This document shows positions 8,050-17,136 of a stretch of DNA of 32,000 nt, piece after piece. Source of the stretch: Cuniculiplasma divulgatum (GTDB taxonomy: Archaea; Thermoplasmatota; Thermoplasmata; Thermoplasmatales; Thermoplasmataceae); the NCBI RefSeq assembly GCF_900083515.1, contig NZ_LT671858.1, positions 180,001 through 212,000 of the forward strand. Reading direction: 5' to 3'. Numbering within the stretch: the first letter of the stretch is position 1; each line of letters opens with the position of its first letter. The notes beneath the pieces are model-generated. The model searched no databases. It saw nothing but the letters and a program-made list of their open reading frames with translations, and had not been told where the DNA came from. The position numbers and the translations under genes are program-made.

Positions 8050-8685
8050 GTGAGTGTATCAGCAAGGGGAAAACCATCAAGGGTAAGGGTCCTTGAAACA
8101 GTAAAAAAGCTGGATTCTCCAACGCTTTCACAACTAAGTAACGAATTGAAGATGTCAAAAACGGCCATTCTGAAGCAGGTCAGTCTGCTGGAAAGGGATG
8201 GAGTAATTTCAAGAACATATGTTCAGACTGGAAAAGGAAGACCGGTATGCAAGGTCAATGTAACAAATAATGCGTATGATCAGCTACAGGACATTTACCG
8301 TAGTATTGCAGAAGATGCTCTATCTTATGTGGAAAAAAAATTTGGCTGTAGCATGATAAAGGAGATAATGGCCTTAAGAAACGAGAAGCTCATTGAGGAA
8401 TACAGAATGGAACTCATGGGCATGGACTGGGAATCAATACTTAAAAAGTTCGAGGAAATGAGGAACAGGGAAGGGTATCTGGCTGAAGTCACAGAAAGAC
8501 AGGATGGTTCCATAGAGATTTCTGAATTTAACTGCCCCTTAATTAAGATAGCTGAAAAGTACAGGGAAGCCTGCTCCTTTGAGAGGGATTTTCTCAGTTA
8601 CATATTTGGAATGGAAATAATACAGATGAGCACCGTACTGGAAAACTCAAGATCCTGTAAATTTATATTAAGAGAAAAGTTATAG
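8050..8685 (+). CDS. Winged-HTH transcriptional regulator (ArsR-like N-terminus, COG2345/SufR-like C-terminal Cys-containing domain)
   Basis: The wHTH is RVLETVKKLDSPTLSQLSNELKMSKTAILKQVSLLERDGVISR. The C-terminal domain carries NCPLIKIAEKYREAC (C-x12-C) plus a third Cys (RSCKF). A GTG start at 8050 is required to retain the HTH. Confidence 0.7.
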   Translation: MSVSARGKPSRVRVLETVKKLDSPTLSQLSNELKMSKTAILKQVSLLERDGVISRTYVQTGKGRPVCKVNVTNNAYDQLQDIYRSIAEDALSYVEKKFGCSMIKEIMALRNEKLIEEYRMELMGMDWESILKKFEEMRNREGYLAEVTERQDGSIEISEFNCPLIKIAEKYREACSFERDFLSYIFGMEIIQMSTVLENSRSCKFILREKL

Positions 8686-8720
8686 GCAATCCTATAAATT
8701 CTTTAATAAAATACCAACCC

Positions 8721-9593
8721 ATGGATGCAGAAGAAAAAATAAAGATTCTTGAGGCAGGCAAACTGGGTAGGAAAGCCCTGGAAGTCGCCTCATCACTAAT
8801 AGAACCGGGAGCATTATTCCTTGATGTGGCAGAAAAGACTGAGAATTTTATTCGCGAGAATGGTGGAAAACCATCCTTTCCCCTTAATCTATCAATAAAC
8901 AACGAGGCTGCTCACTATACTCCAGCCCCAAATGATAAGAAGACATTCAAAACGGGTGATCTTGTTAAGGTAGATATAGGCGCTCAGATAGATGGATACA
9001 TATCAGATAATGCAACAACAGTTGAAATCGGAGGAAAGGGAGATTACAGTAATCTCATAGACTGTACAAGGGAAGCACTCAATGCTGCTCTGAAGGTACT
9101 GAGACCAAACATAGAAATATACAAAATAGGGCAGGCTATTGGCGAAAAGATAGAATCATTCGGGTTCAAACCGGTTAAAAATCTTGGTGGCCACGGAATC
9201 AAGAGAAACGATCTTCATTCTACTATATTCATCCCGAACTATGATGACGGCAATGGAAGAAGAATTGAAAACGGACAATTGATTGCAATTGAACCATTTG
9301 CCTCCACAGGCATAGGACTGATACACAATGGAATGGGAGGCAACATATACATATTCAGCGGAACAAAACCTGATCCAAAGGATCCAGTGATACAGAACTT
9401 CAGTACACTGCCCTTTGCTGAAAGGTGGCTGGCGAAGGTCAAACCAGATTACAAGGATTATCTGAAGAAAAATCTTTTCATGAAACAAATAAGCCATTTT
9501 GCAGTGCTTAAGGAACATAAGGGAGCAATGATATCACAGGCAGAACATACCATACTTTTTGATGGCGATCAGATCATAGTGACAACACAGTAA
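8721..9593 (+). CDS. map: Methionine aminopeptidase, type 2 (archaeal)
   Basis: 290 aa with pita-bread fold motifs: FPLNLSINNEAAHYTP, VKVDIGAQIDGYISD, GHGI and AIEPF..., AQAEHTIL (metal ligands D, D, H, E, E). Confidence 0.9.
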   Translation: MDAEEKIKILEAGKLGRKALEVASSLIEPGALFLDVAEKTENFIRENGGKPSFPLNLSINNEAAHYTPAPNDKKTFKTGDLVKVDIGAQIDGYISDNATTVEIGGKGDYSNLIDCTREALNAALKVLRPNIEIYKIGQAIGEKIESFGFKPVKNLGGHGIKRNDLHSTIFIPNYDDGNGRRIENGQLIAIEPFASTGIGLIHNGMGGNIYIFSGTKPDPKDPVIQNFSTLPFAERWLAKVKPDYKDYLKKNLFMKQISHFAVLKEHKGAMISQAEHTILFDGDQIIVTTQ

Positions 9594-9630
9594 ATTCTTA
9601 ACGATCATGGCAATCAATAAATTACGATTT

Positions 9631-10254
9631 TTACTGAATGTGGAAAATCTGCAGGATTTCCTTTATAGCCTCATTTAGCATTTCTTCCTTGCTTCCATTT
9701 CCACCTATTATCCTTCCCTGATTGAAAAATATCCCTCTTTTTATTGCTTCGGTGTAAATGTTATAAACATCCTTAAGGTACTCGTTCTCCTCAAATATTT
9801 CTAGCTCTCTCTTTTCACCATTTCCCTGTCTAAACGACTTTCCGTTGAAGTCTATGAATATGGTAAGATCAGGTTCGATGTGACTTATGGATAGAACATT
9901 TTCAATCCATCTGTAAAATTGGTCCTGATCTTTGAAATGTTCCTTTAAGAAAACTCCCTGATAGGCAAGGGATGAAAGGGAGTATCTGTCACATATGACA
10001 AAGTCATCTTCGGTCATACTTTTTAGAATATACTTGTTATGTTCAATTCTGTCTCTTATAAACATTGCAAGAAGAATCATGTAGTCCTCTCTTTTCAATT
10101 TTGAGAGAATGTCCAGGCCAGAATCAAAGTAGGAAGTTGGTTCATGTGTCAGAATCACGCTCTTTCCTCTGTTCTGAAGATCTATGGCAATGTTCCTCGC
10201 AAGAGTGCTCTTACCTGATCTGTCTATACCCTCAATCACAATAAACTTACCCAT
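9631..10254 (-). CDS. tmk: Thymidylate kinase
   Basis: 207 aa with the P-loop FIVIEGIDRSGKST and a DRY-type motif (CDRYSLSSLAYQG). TATA-like TAAGTATAAA (minus strand) lies at 10281-10290. Confidence 0.85.
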   Translation of the reverse strand: MGKFIVIEGIDRSGKSTLARNIAIDLQNRGKSVILTHEPTSYFDSGLDILSKLKREDYMILLAMFIRDRIEHNKYILKSMTEDDFVICDRYSLSSLAYQGVFLKEHFKDQDQFYRWIENVLSISHIEPDLTIFIDFNGKSFRQGNGEKRELEIFEENEYLKDVYNIYTEAIKRGIFFNQGRIIGGNGSKEEMLNEAIKEILQIFHIQ

Positions 10255-10280
10255 GACTCTATCTTTTCCATTAGGTTTTG

Positions 10281-10290
10281 TTTATACTTA
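10281..10290 (-). promoter_or_regulatory. TATA-box candidate for tmk
   Basis: Minus-strand TAAGTATAAA lies 27-36 nt upstream of the tmk ATG (10254). Confidence 0.35.
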
Positions 10291-10368
10291 TTTGTTCCTA
10301 TGAGAAATATTTCTGGCAGTTTATTAAGTTCAGGAAAGGTTATCTATATTTCTTTTCATGTCAGAATT

Positions 10369-11541
10369 ATGAGTAAGAGAGGATTTAACACCAGAGCTGT
10401 AAGTTCTGGAGAACTTAAGGATAAGAAATATGGCAACGTTGTCACTCCAATATTTCAGAACGCAACGTTCTTATATCCAAATTACACAGAAGGGTCATCG
10501 AAGGATCCAAATACAGGCGATTCTTTTATCTATTCTAGATGGGGAAATCCAACGGTAATAGCACTTGAAGAAAAATATGCGTCACTGGAAGGAGCAGCAC
10601 ATGCCTTATCTTTTTCCACAGGCATGGCAGGAATAACATCACTCATGATGTCTCTTGTTGGAAAGAAGAAGAGAGTTCTTTCAATAATAGATCTTTATGG
10701 CCAGACACTCAGTTTCTTCAAGAATAAGCTCCCAAAATATGGACTGGATGTGGATATAATATCTATAGACAAACTGAACTCTATCGATTTTGATGTTACC
10801 AAATATGATGTCATATATACAGAAAGTATAACAAATCCATCAATGAAAGTTCTTGACTTAAAAACCATCGGTGAACTTTGTAACAAGAATGGGATCACAC
10901 TCATAGTAGATGCGACATTCTGCTCTCCATACAATCAGAATCCTCTTGATCTTGGCGCTGACTATGTGGTTCACAGTGGAACAAAATACCTGAATGGGCA
11001 TTCTGATACAATGTCGGGGTTTGTCAGTTCCAACACGGATCTTTCAGATATATTCGACATGAGGAAAAATCTTGGGGCCACTCTTGATGCATTCCAGGCA
11101 TATCTCATCCAGAGGGGAATGAAGACACTTGGATTGAGAATGAGGCAGCACAACTCAAATGCTATGGAAGTTGCCCAATTCCTTAAAGAGAATTCCAATG
11201 TCATCTCAGTGAACTATCCCGGATTGAAGGATGATAGATATCATTCTATTGCAGAGAAAAACATGAGAGGTTTCGGAGGAATGTTATCCTTTAGGGTTAA
11301 GGGTGGGATCAAGGGAGCACGAAATTTTATGAAGGGACTGGAAAGCATCTCTGCAGCCCCCAGCCTTGGGGGTGTTGAATCCCTTGCCACTCTGCCCATA
11401 GATACATCTCACGGTTCTGTAAGTCAGGACGACAGGAAGGTAATGGAAGTTACAGAGGATATGGTAAGACTTTCAGTGGGAATAGAAGATCCTGAGGATT
11501 TAAAAGAGGAGCTGGGAAAAGCTCTCAGTCATGTAAATTGA
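10369..11541 (+). CDS. Cys/Met-metabolism PLP-dependent enzyme (cystathionine gamma-synthase / gamma-lyase / beta-lyase family)
   Basis: The PLP-lysine motif is HSGTKYLNGHSD, and family motifs include YSRWGNPT, SITNPSMKVLDL and SLGGVESL. The track start at 10300 adds 23 non-conserved residues, whereas ATG 10369 is preceded by a TATA-like box. Exact reaction specificity cannot be read from the sequence. Confidence 0.85.
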   Translation: MSKRGFNTRAVSSGELKDKKYGNVVTPIFQNATFLYPNYTEGSSKDPNTGDSFIYSRWGNPTVIALEEKYASLEGAAHALSFSTGMAGITSLMMSLVGKKKRVLSIIDLYGQTLSFFKNKLPKYGLDVDIISIDKLNSIDFDVTKYDVIYTESITNPSMKVLDLKTIGELCNKNGITLIVDATFCSPYNQNPLDLGADYVVHSGTKYLNGHSDTMSGFVSSNTDLSDIFDMRKNLGATLDAFQAYLIQRGMKTLGLRMRQHNSNAMEVAQFLKENSNVISVNYPGLKDDRYHSIAEKNMRGFGGMLSFRVKGGIKGARNFMKGLESISAAPSLGGVESLATLPIDTSHGSVSQDDRKVMEVTEDMVRLSVGIEDPEDLKEELGKALSHVN

Positions 11542-12832
11542 TTGAATTTTGACCGATCTCACTTGCCGAATCTTTTTTCGTTCCAAACAATTTTTCTTTT
11601 TCTATAAAATAGAGCATGAATCCCACCAATATTGTTATGGTTCCAATGTAAAATGACCTTTCCCCAAGAGCAAACATTATAACTGCTGAGAGCGCAATGG
11701 ACAGAATCTGAACGAAAGGATAAAAGGGTGATTTGAACTTTCCTTCCATCTTTCTCTTTCTGAGTATAACAACTGCAAGGCCAGTCAGGGAATAGGAGAA
11801 AATAACTCCAAAATTTGAGGCAAGTGCTATAACCTGAACGTTTCCTATAAATAGAGATACAATAGCCAGTCCTGCAATCAACAGTGTTGCCCTTCTGGGT
11901 GAATCTTTCTCCCTACCCTGTATCCATTTAGGCAAAAGTTTATCCTGGCTCATCTGTAGCAGTGTTCTTGATCCGGCAACTATAAGGGACACGGTTACAG
12001 TGAACGTCGCAATTATAGCAACAATATTTATTGCATATTCCACAGCAACAGGTGCTTTGGCGAATACCAGTGCGTTGAAGAGAGGATTGCCAGTAACCCC
12101 GTAATCCTCATAGGGCATAAGGGCAAGCATCCCGAAGATTATAATTATGTAAAGTATGGTACTCACTGCCAGTGCTATCAGTATTGCAAAGGGTATGCTC
12201 TTCTCAGGATTCTTCGTTTCTGGGCCAAGGGTTGCTATGGTGTTGAACCCTGAATAGGCAAAGAACGCAAGAGAAGCTGCTTCGATTATTGCCATTGGTT
12301 TCGATGGTATAAAAGGTGTAAATCTTGGTGCAGTCCAGTGGCCATAAAATATGGAAATTAGTATAAATAGAACAAGTCCGCCAATAGTGATAAACACAAG
12401 AACATGTTCAACCTTTGCAACTGTATTTATTCCGCGGTAGTCAATGAATGCTGCGACGGCTATAACTATGGCAGCAAGCAGTAATATGTATACATATGGC
12501 AAACTGACAAATGAAAGAAGATAGGAACCAAAGCCTATTGCAACCGCAGAGGCAGCGATTGCGTACGAAATTGCCCGAAGCCATCCCACAACAAATCCAG
12601 CGGATTCGCCCATGGTAATTTTTGTAAATGAATAGAGACCACCGTGAGACACAATTTTTGAAGAAAGTTCCGCGCTGTTAAGTGCAATTGTCAGGGCAAG
12701 TATTGCAGTTATAACAAAGGCAATAATTGCCCCTGGACCTGCATCACTAATTGCAGTCCCTGCAAGAACAAATATACCTGCACCTATGATGTTACCGAGA
12801 CCTATGAAGGTGGCCTGCCATCTGCTGATCAT
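11525..12832 (-). CDS. APC-superfamily amino acid permease
   Basis: 435 aa and about 12 TM, with the N-terminal signature GLGNIIGAGIFVLAG. The 3' end overlaps the convergent PLP-enzyme gene by 17 nt. Confidence 0.85.
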   Translation of the reverse strand: MISRWQATFIGLGNIIGAGIFVLAGTAISDAGPGAIIAFVITAILALTIALNSAELSSKIVSHGGLYSFTKITMGESAGFVVGWLRAISYAIAASAVAIGFGSYLLSFVSLPYVYILLLAAIVIAVAAFIDYRGINTVAKVEHVLVFITIGGLVLFILISIFYGHWTAPRFTPFIPSKPMAIIEAASLAFFAYSGFNTIATLGPETKNPEKSIPFAILIALAVSTILYIIIIFGMLALMPYEDYGVTGNPLFNALVFAKAPVAVEYAINIVAIIATFTVTVSLIVAGSRTLLQMSQDKLLPKWIQGREKDSPRRATLLIAGLAIVSLFIGNVQVIALASNFGVIFSYSLTGLAVVILRKRKMEGKFKSPFYPFVQILSIALSAVIMFALGERSFYIGTITILVGFMLYFIEKEKLFGTKKDSASEIGQNSINLHD

Positions 12833-12924
12833 CTAAGGTTATTTTCGCACACTTAAAATATACTTTCACATTTTTTAAAAATTTTAATGCAAAAATATTA
12901 TAAGAGTTTGTCGAATATCGAAAA

Positions 12925-13752
12925 ATGGAAAAAGAGACCATGGCATGGGATCTGAAATCTACATTCATATTGATGAAGTATCAGATGCTTTTCTACCTGA
13001 AAACCAGAAGATTTTTAACAATGTTGATTCTAGTAATTTTAATAGTCGCATTAACAGTTGGAATAGACCTCCACGTAGGTGTGAGTACCATAAGGACTGA
13101 ATATGTTACTTCGGCCGCGTTCTTATCATCAGGGTTAAGCTTTGTCGCCATAAGCATTGCAATACTTGCAGGATTCTATGGTGGTGATGCTACAAGTATA
13201 GAAACTGGAACAAATTCAGGATATTTCATAATGGTACAGCCTGTTAGGAAATCTTCGATTCTAATGGGAAGATATCTTGGAGCATTTATACTGGCTGCAG
13301 GGACACTTCTGATTGAATTTGTTGCAGTCGGTGGAATGAGTCAGTATATTTTTGGAAACATCAATAATAATTTCTGGCTGGCCATTGGGGAATCACTATT
13401 TATACTGATGGCATTTCTTGCACTGGCATTTTTATTCAGTTCCATATTTAAGAATCCACTAATAGGTATACTGTTTTCTATACTCGCATTCGTACTCATA
13501 ATGCCAATAATAGATGAAGTAATATCTATAGAGAACATTGAACCGTGGTTCAATCTGTACTACGCAACAAGTATTATTCCGGCAGTATTCGGACCAATAA
13601 CTCACGTAACTAGCCTTAAAAGAGGACCATTTACCATAAAAACTTTCACGCCATATGTCTGGGAGGCTAATTATATAACACTTATTTATCTGGTCATTTC
13701 CCTTGGGTTAAGCTATATCATATTCAGAAGAAAGGAGGTGAAACCACAGTGA
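12925..13752 (+). CDS. ABC-2 type transporter permease
   Basis: 275 aa with about 6 TM. The stop overlaps the start of the downstream ABC ATPase (GTGATG). The topology is typical of ABC-2 exporter permeases. Confidence 0.7.
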   Translation: MEKETMAWDLKSTFILMKYQMLFYLKTRRFLTMLILVILIVALTVGIDLHVGVSTIRTEYVTSAAFLSSGLSFVAISIAILAGFYGGDATSIETGTNSGYFIMVQPVRKSSILMGRYLGAFILAAGTLLIEFVAVGGMSQYIFGNINNNFWLAIGESLFILMAFLALAFLFSSIFKNPLIGILFSILAFVLIMPIIDEVISIENIEPWFNLYYATSIIPAVFGPITHVTSLKRGPFTIKTFTPYVWEANYITLIYLVISLGLSYIIFRRKEVKPQ

Positions 13753-14687
13753 TGAATACTAAGTCAGTGAAGGTAAGCAATTTAACCAAAAAATATGGGA
13801 ATTTCAAGGCTGTAGATAATATTAGTTTTGATTTAGAGGGAGATGGTGCTATAGCATATTTAGGACAAAACGGGGCTGGAAAAACAACCACATTTAAGAT
13901 GATGACCGGTCTCATAAATCCAACAGAGGGAAAAGTGCTGATAGAGGGAATAGATGTAACAAAAAATAGAACAAAAGCACTGATGAAGATTGGAGCTCTA
14001 ATAGAAACACCAGAACCCTATGCAGCCTTAACCGTGGAAGAAGCAGTGAGACTGGCTGGTGAACTTAAGGGCATAAAGAAGAGAGAAGTAATTGATCATC
14101 TTGAAACCTTCGGAAGTCGTGTCAAGATACCAGGTCTGGACAGGAAGGTTGGTACATTATCCCGTGGTCAGAGGGCCAGAGTAGTTTTTGTTGCAGCGTT
14201 TTTAGGAAACCCGGACATCATATTTCTAGATGAGCCTACAAATGGTATGGATCCTGCAGAGAGGAAAATAATAAGGGATGTAATTCTTGAATGGAAGAAG
14301 GAACATATGATCCTAATGAGTTCACATCTGCTCCAGGAGGTAACCGATACGTGTGAAAACATTCTTTTCATCAACAATGGAAAATTACTTTTACAGGATT
14401 CTACAAGAAACATCGAATCAAGATTTAATTCAAAGAGTCTAAAAGTGGATTTCCTGAAATCTGTGAACACCAACAATCTAAAGGAAGCACTTGATGGGTT
14501 TGCAAGCGATGTAGAACCACAAACCGAGAAATCTGCCATAATATATTTCGACGGTGATCTTTCAAACAGAGTTAAGATACTTAAGGCGGTCCAAACCGTA
14601 GGAGATGTAATCACATTTTCAGAGTATGGTTCATCACTGGAAGAGGCATTTGTAAACCTGATTGATGAAAAGAGTCAGGCAAAATAA
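13752..14687 (+). CDS. ABC transporter ATP-binding protein (ABC-2/CcmA-like exporter ATPase)
   Basis: Walker A GQNGAGKTT, Q-loop, signature LSRGQRAR, Walker B IIFLDEPTNGMD and the H-loop SSH are all present. ATG 13752 overlaps the permease TGA by 1 nt (GTG 13749 is an alternative start). Confidence 0.9.
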   Translation: MNTKSVKVSNLTKKYGNFKAVDNISFDLEGDGAIAYLGQNGAGKTTTFKMMTGLINPTEGKVLIEGIDVTKNRTKALMKIGALIETPEPYAALTVEEAVRLAGELKGIKKREVIDHLETFGSRVKIPGLDRKVGTLSRGQRARVVFVAAFLGNPDIIFLDEPTNGMDPAERKIIRDVILEWKKEHMILMSSHLLQEVTDTCENILFINNGKLLLQDSTRNIESRFNSKSLKVDFLKSVNTNNLKEALDGFASDVEPQTEKSAIIYFDGDLSNRVKILKAVQTVGDVITFSEYGSSLEEAFVNLIDEKSQAK

Positions 14688-14733
14688 ACCGACTTATATT
14701 ATCTTTATCAGAATTATAATAAAATTTTGGAAA

Positions 14734-14740
14734 TTTTTTT
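14734..14740 (+). terminator. Oligo-T terminator candidate after ABC transporter operon
   Basis: A T7 run lies 46 nt downstream of the ABC ATPase stop, preceded by a T4 tract. Confidence 0.3.
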
Positions 14741-14756
14741 CAACTATACATTAAAT

Positions 14757-16724
14757 TTACTGGTATTTGTAATCTGGTTTCCGTTTCTGAACAAAGGCAG
14801 AAATTCCTTCCATGAAATCCTTTGAATTATAGAGGTTTCCCATGGCTATGGATTCCATTTCCAGTCCAACATCCGCAGGCACCTCAGATCCCTTGTATAT
14901 TAACTTCTTTGAGAGGGCTGCAGCAATGGGTGACACCTTTTCGCTCAGTTCCCTTGCAAATTCCATCGTCTTTTCCCTGAGTTCTTCCTTCGGATACAGT
15001 CTGGACACTATACCATAATCGCGGGCGACATCCCCTGTAAATCTCTCTCCTGTTAGAATTAGATAGGAAGCCCTTGACATACCGATAAGTTTCGCAAGCT
15101 TCTGGCTCCCACTCCATCCTGGCAGCAGACCTATAGTTGTTTCAGGGAATCCTATCACACATTCGCTGTGTGAAACCCTTATATCGCAGTTTAGTGACAG
15201 TTCAAAGCCACCACCTAAAACATAACCTCTCATTTCTGCAATAACAATTTTTGGAATTTCAGATAGCTTCCTGAATATTCTCTGGCCTTTTCTTGAGTGT
15301 TCCATGAAATCCATGAAATCAGGTATGAATTGAGTAAGCTCAGCCCCTGCAGAAAATACATTCTCATTACCTGCAATTACAATAACGAAGACTTCTCTGT
15401 CATTCCATAGTTTATCAATAACTCCGTCAAGTTCCTTTAGAACATTTGTATTTAGGAGATTGTTTTTTCCGTTATTCAGCTCAATTCTTGCCACCTTTCC
15501 GGAAATTGTGACTTTGATAAGTTTCCCTACTTCATTTACCGAATTCTTAACATTCGATGAGTTCTTCAACCTACCATCCATCGCCTCCTTCATTCTACCA
15601 TCTTCAATGGATTTGGCAGGTTTGAATATATCTGCGCCAAACTTTTCATATAACTGTGTCAGTTTATCCTTTACTTCCTTGTTAGAAAGACCTTTAGCTA
15701 CAGAGACTGGACCAAATGGTCTATTCATTCCGAGACAGAATCCCTTTTCAATATCATCCGGGCTTGCAACACCTTCTTCTATGAGCTTTACTGCCTCATT
15801 GATTTCCAGACAGAACACATCCAAAAGTTCCACCTTTGAGGATGGATTTGCCTTAGGTATTTGCGCCTTTCCGTCTTTCCATTTGTAAAAGCCTTCCCCC
15901 GTTTTAATTCCCAGCTTTTTCTCTTTAACCATCTTCAAAGGTATGGTTGTGTTTCCATATGCACTGGAGAGAGTTTTGCTGTAGTAATCCAGAGAATGTA
16001 GTACTGTATCAATTCCTACATAATCCATAAGCTCATAAGGTCCCATGGGTAAAGCCTGGCTCTTCGCAAACGCATCAATGGACTCAGGTGAATCTACTTT
16101 TTTCTCCAGTAGAAGGATGAAATAAAGTGATTCAGGTGCACTGATCCTGTTTACAACAAATCCTGCAGTATCCTTTAGTACTTTTATTGGCTCCTTTCCT
16201 ATTTTCTTCGAAAAGTTATACACTTCCTGAAAGTTCTCTTCAGATGATTTTTCCCCTCTTATAACTTCTACCAGTTTCATCATGACTGGTGGATTGAAGA
16301 AATGCATTCCAACCAGCCTCTCTGGTCTTTTCAGCATGCCTGCTATTTCAGTTATTCTTATATTTGAAGTATTGGTAGCCAGGACTGCATCTGGTTCCGC
16401 AAACTTTTCAACAGAATTGAAAACTTCTTCCTTTAGTTCCGGAATTTCAGGAACAGCTTCTATCACAAGCTGCGATCCCTTAAGAGATGGCTCCATTTCC
16501 TTATAGAACATGATTCTTTCCATCACAAGGTTCTGGTCCTCGCTCTTCATCCTCCCAGCCTTTACAAGTCTTGCTAGGCTTTTTTCTATGCCTGACTTTC
16601 CCTTATCCAGTGCTTCAGGATAACTATCAAACAGGTTTACCCTGAAACCTGCAGTGGCAATAACCTGAGCTATTCCGCTACCCATTAATCCTGATCCTAT
16701 AACCGTAACCTGCTTAATTTCCAT
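14757..16724 (-). CDS. Fused 3-hydroxyacyl-CoA dehydrogenase (N-terminal) / enoyl-CoA hydratase (C-terminal)
   Basis: 655 aa. The N-terminal Rossmann motif VIGSGLMGSGIA and the HFFNPP motif mark the HAD domain. The C-terminal crotonase fold has AGAEL, GYVLGGGFELSLNCDIR and GLLPGWSGSQ. The domain order is reversed relative to bacterial FadB. Confidence 0.9.
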   Translation of the reverse strand: MEIKQVTVIGSGLMGSGIAQVIATAGFRVNLFDSYPEALDKGKSGIEKSLARLVKAGRMKSEDQNLVMERIMFYKEMEPSLKGSQLVIEAVPEIPELKEEVFNSVEKFAEPDAVLATNTSNIRITEIAGMLKRPERLVGMHFFNPPVMMKLVEVIRGEKSSEENFQEVYNFSKKIGKEPIKVLKDTAGFVVNRISAPESLYFILLLEKKVDSPESIDAFAKSQALPMGPYELMDYVGIDTVLHSLDYYSKTLSSAYGNTTIPLKMVKEKKLGIKTGEGFYKWKDGKAQIPKANPSSKVELLDVFCLEINEAVKLIEEGVASPDDIEKGFCLGMNRPFGPVSVAKGLSNKEVKDKLTQLYEKFGADIFKPAKSIEDGRMKEAMDGRLKNSSNVKNSVNEVGKLIKVTISGKVARIELNNGKNNLLNTNVLKELDGVIDKLWNDREVFVIVIAGNENVFSAGAELTQFIPDFMDFMEHSRKGQRIFRKLSEIPKIVIAEMRGYVLGGGFELSLNCDIRVSHSECVIGFPETTIGLLPGWSGSQKLAKLIGMSRASYLILTGERFTGDVARDYGIVSRLYPKEELREKTMEFARELSEKVSPIAAALSKKLIYKGSEVPADVGLEMESIAMGNLYNSKDFMEGISAFVQKRKPDYKYQ

Positions 16725-16725
16725 A

Positions 16726-16736
16726 GGATCACTTCC
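16726..16736 (-). promoter_or_regulatory. Extended Shine-Dalgarno for the HAD/ECH gene, embedded in the SCP2 3' end
   Basis: Minus-strand GGAAGTGATCC matches 9 of the 10 positions of GGAGGTGATC (the complement of the 16S 3' end). The GGAAG core lies 7 nt from ATG 16724. Confidence 0.45.
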
Positions 16737-17064
16737 TGAGTTTCTTCACAAGACCCGTCATTTTTGTTGCGCTCATGAGATCTCCAGAAATCTTAATTTT
16801 TCCTGTCATGTATGACATTACAGGATCAATTGTGCCATTGAAAAGGCTCAATAACGTCTCTTCCTTTCCACTAATTGTTGCGGTAGGTGCTGAATCAGTT
16901 CCCATATTGAATGTTACTTCACCCTTGGTTACCTTGACATAATAGGCCTCACCATCTGTAGGGGCAAACTGGAATGTTTTTTCCATAGTGGCAATTTCTT
17001 TCTTTACATCCTCATCATTTCCATATTTATCTAACATTTGTTTTAAAACATCGCCTGAAGACAT
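16729..17064 (-). CDS. SCP2 (sterol carrier protein 2-like) lipid-binding domain protein
   Basis: 111 aa with the C-terminal SCP2 signature MTGKIKISGDLMSATKMTGL. The stop lies 4 nt from the ATG of the HAD/ECH gene. Confidence 0.75.
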   Translation of the reverse strand: MSSGDVLKQMLDKYGNDEDVKKEIATMEKTFQFAPTDGEAYYVKVTKGEVTFNMGTDSAPTATISGKEETLLSLFNGTIDPVMSYMTGKIKISGDLMSATKMTGLVKKLRK

Positions 17065-17125
17065 GGATTACAATGATACAGCATATTATATGTTTATTGG
17101 TATTATTTATATTGTTTGGGTATAT

Positions 17126-17133
17126 AAAAAAAA
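17126..17133 (-). terminator. Oligo-T terminator candidate after PDO gene
   Basis: A T8 run on the minus strand starts 3 nt after the PDO stop codon. Archaeal RNAP terminates at oligo-T tracts. Confidence 0.45.
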
Positions 17134-17136
17134 GGA

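Noticed and set aside
8018-8101. 27-codon ORF (MKMINKDNKILNCECISKGKTIKGKGP) overlapping the 5' end of the wHTH regulator in another frame
   Set aside because: The regulator frame, starting at GTG 8050, is needed to encode a complete winged HTH. The short ORF has no supporting signal.
15460-15888. Long antisense ORFs inside well-supported genes. Examples: 15460..15888, 18903..19334, 26336..26782, 14168..14614, 9156..9518, 5833..6117, 3000..3302 and 17225..17500.
   Set aside because: Each lies entirely within, and antisense or out of frame to, a CDS with clear conserved motifs. Their products are low-complexity, Ser/Leu/Ile/Phe-rich, and carry no recognisable motif. These are typical shadow ORFs of an AT-rich genome.
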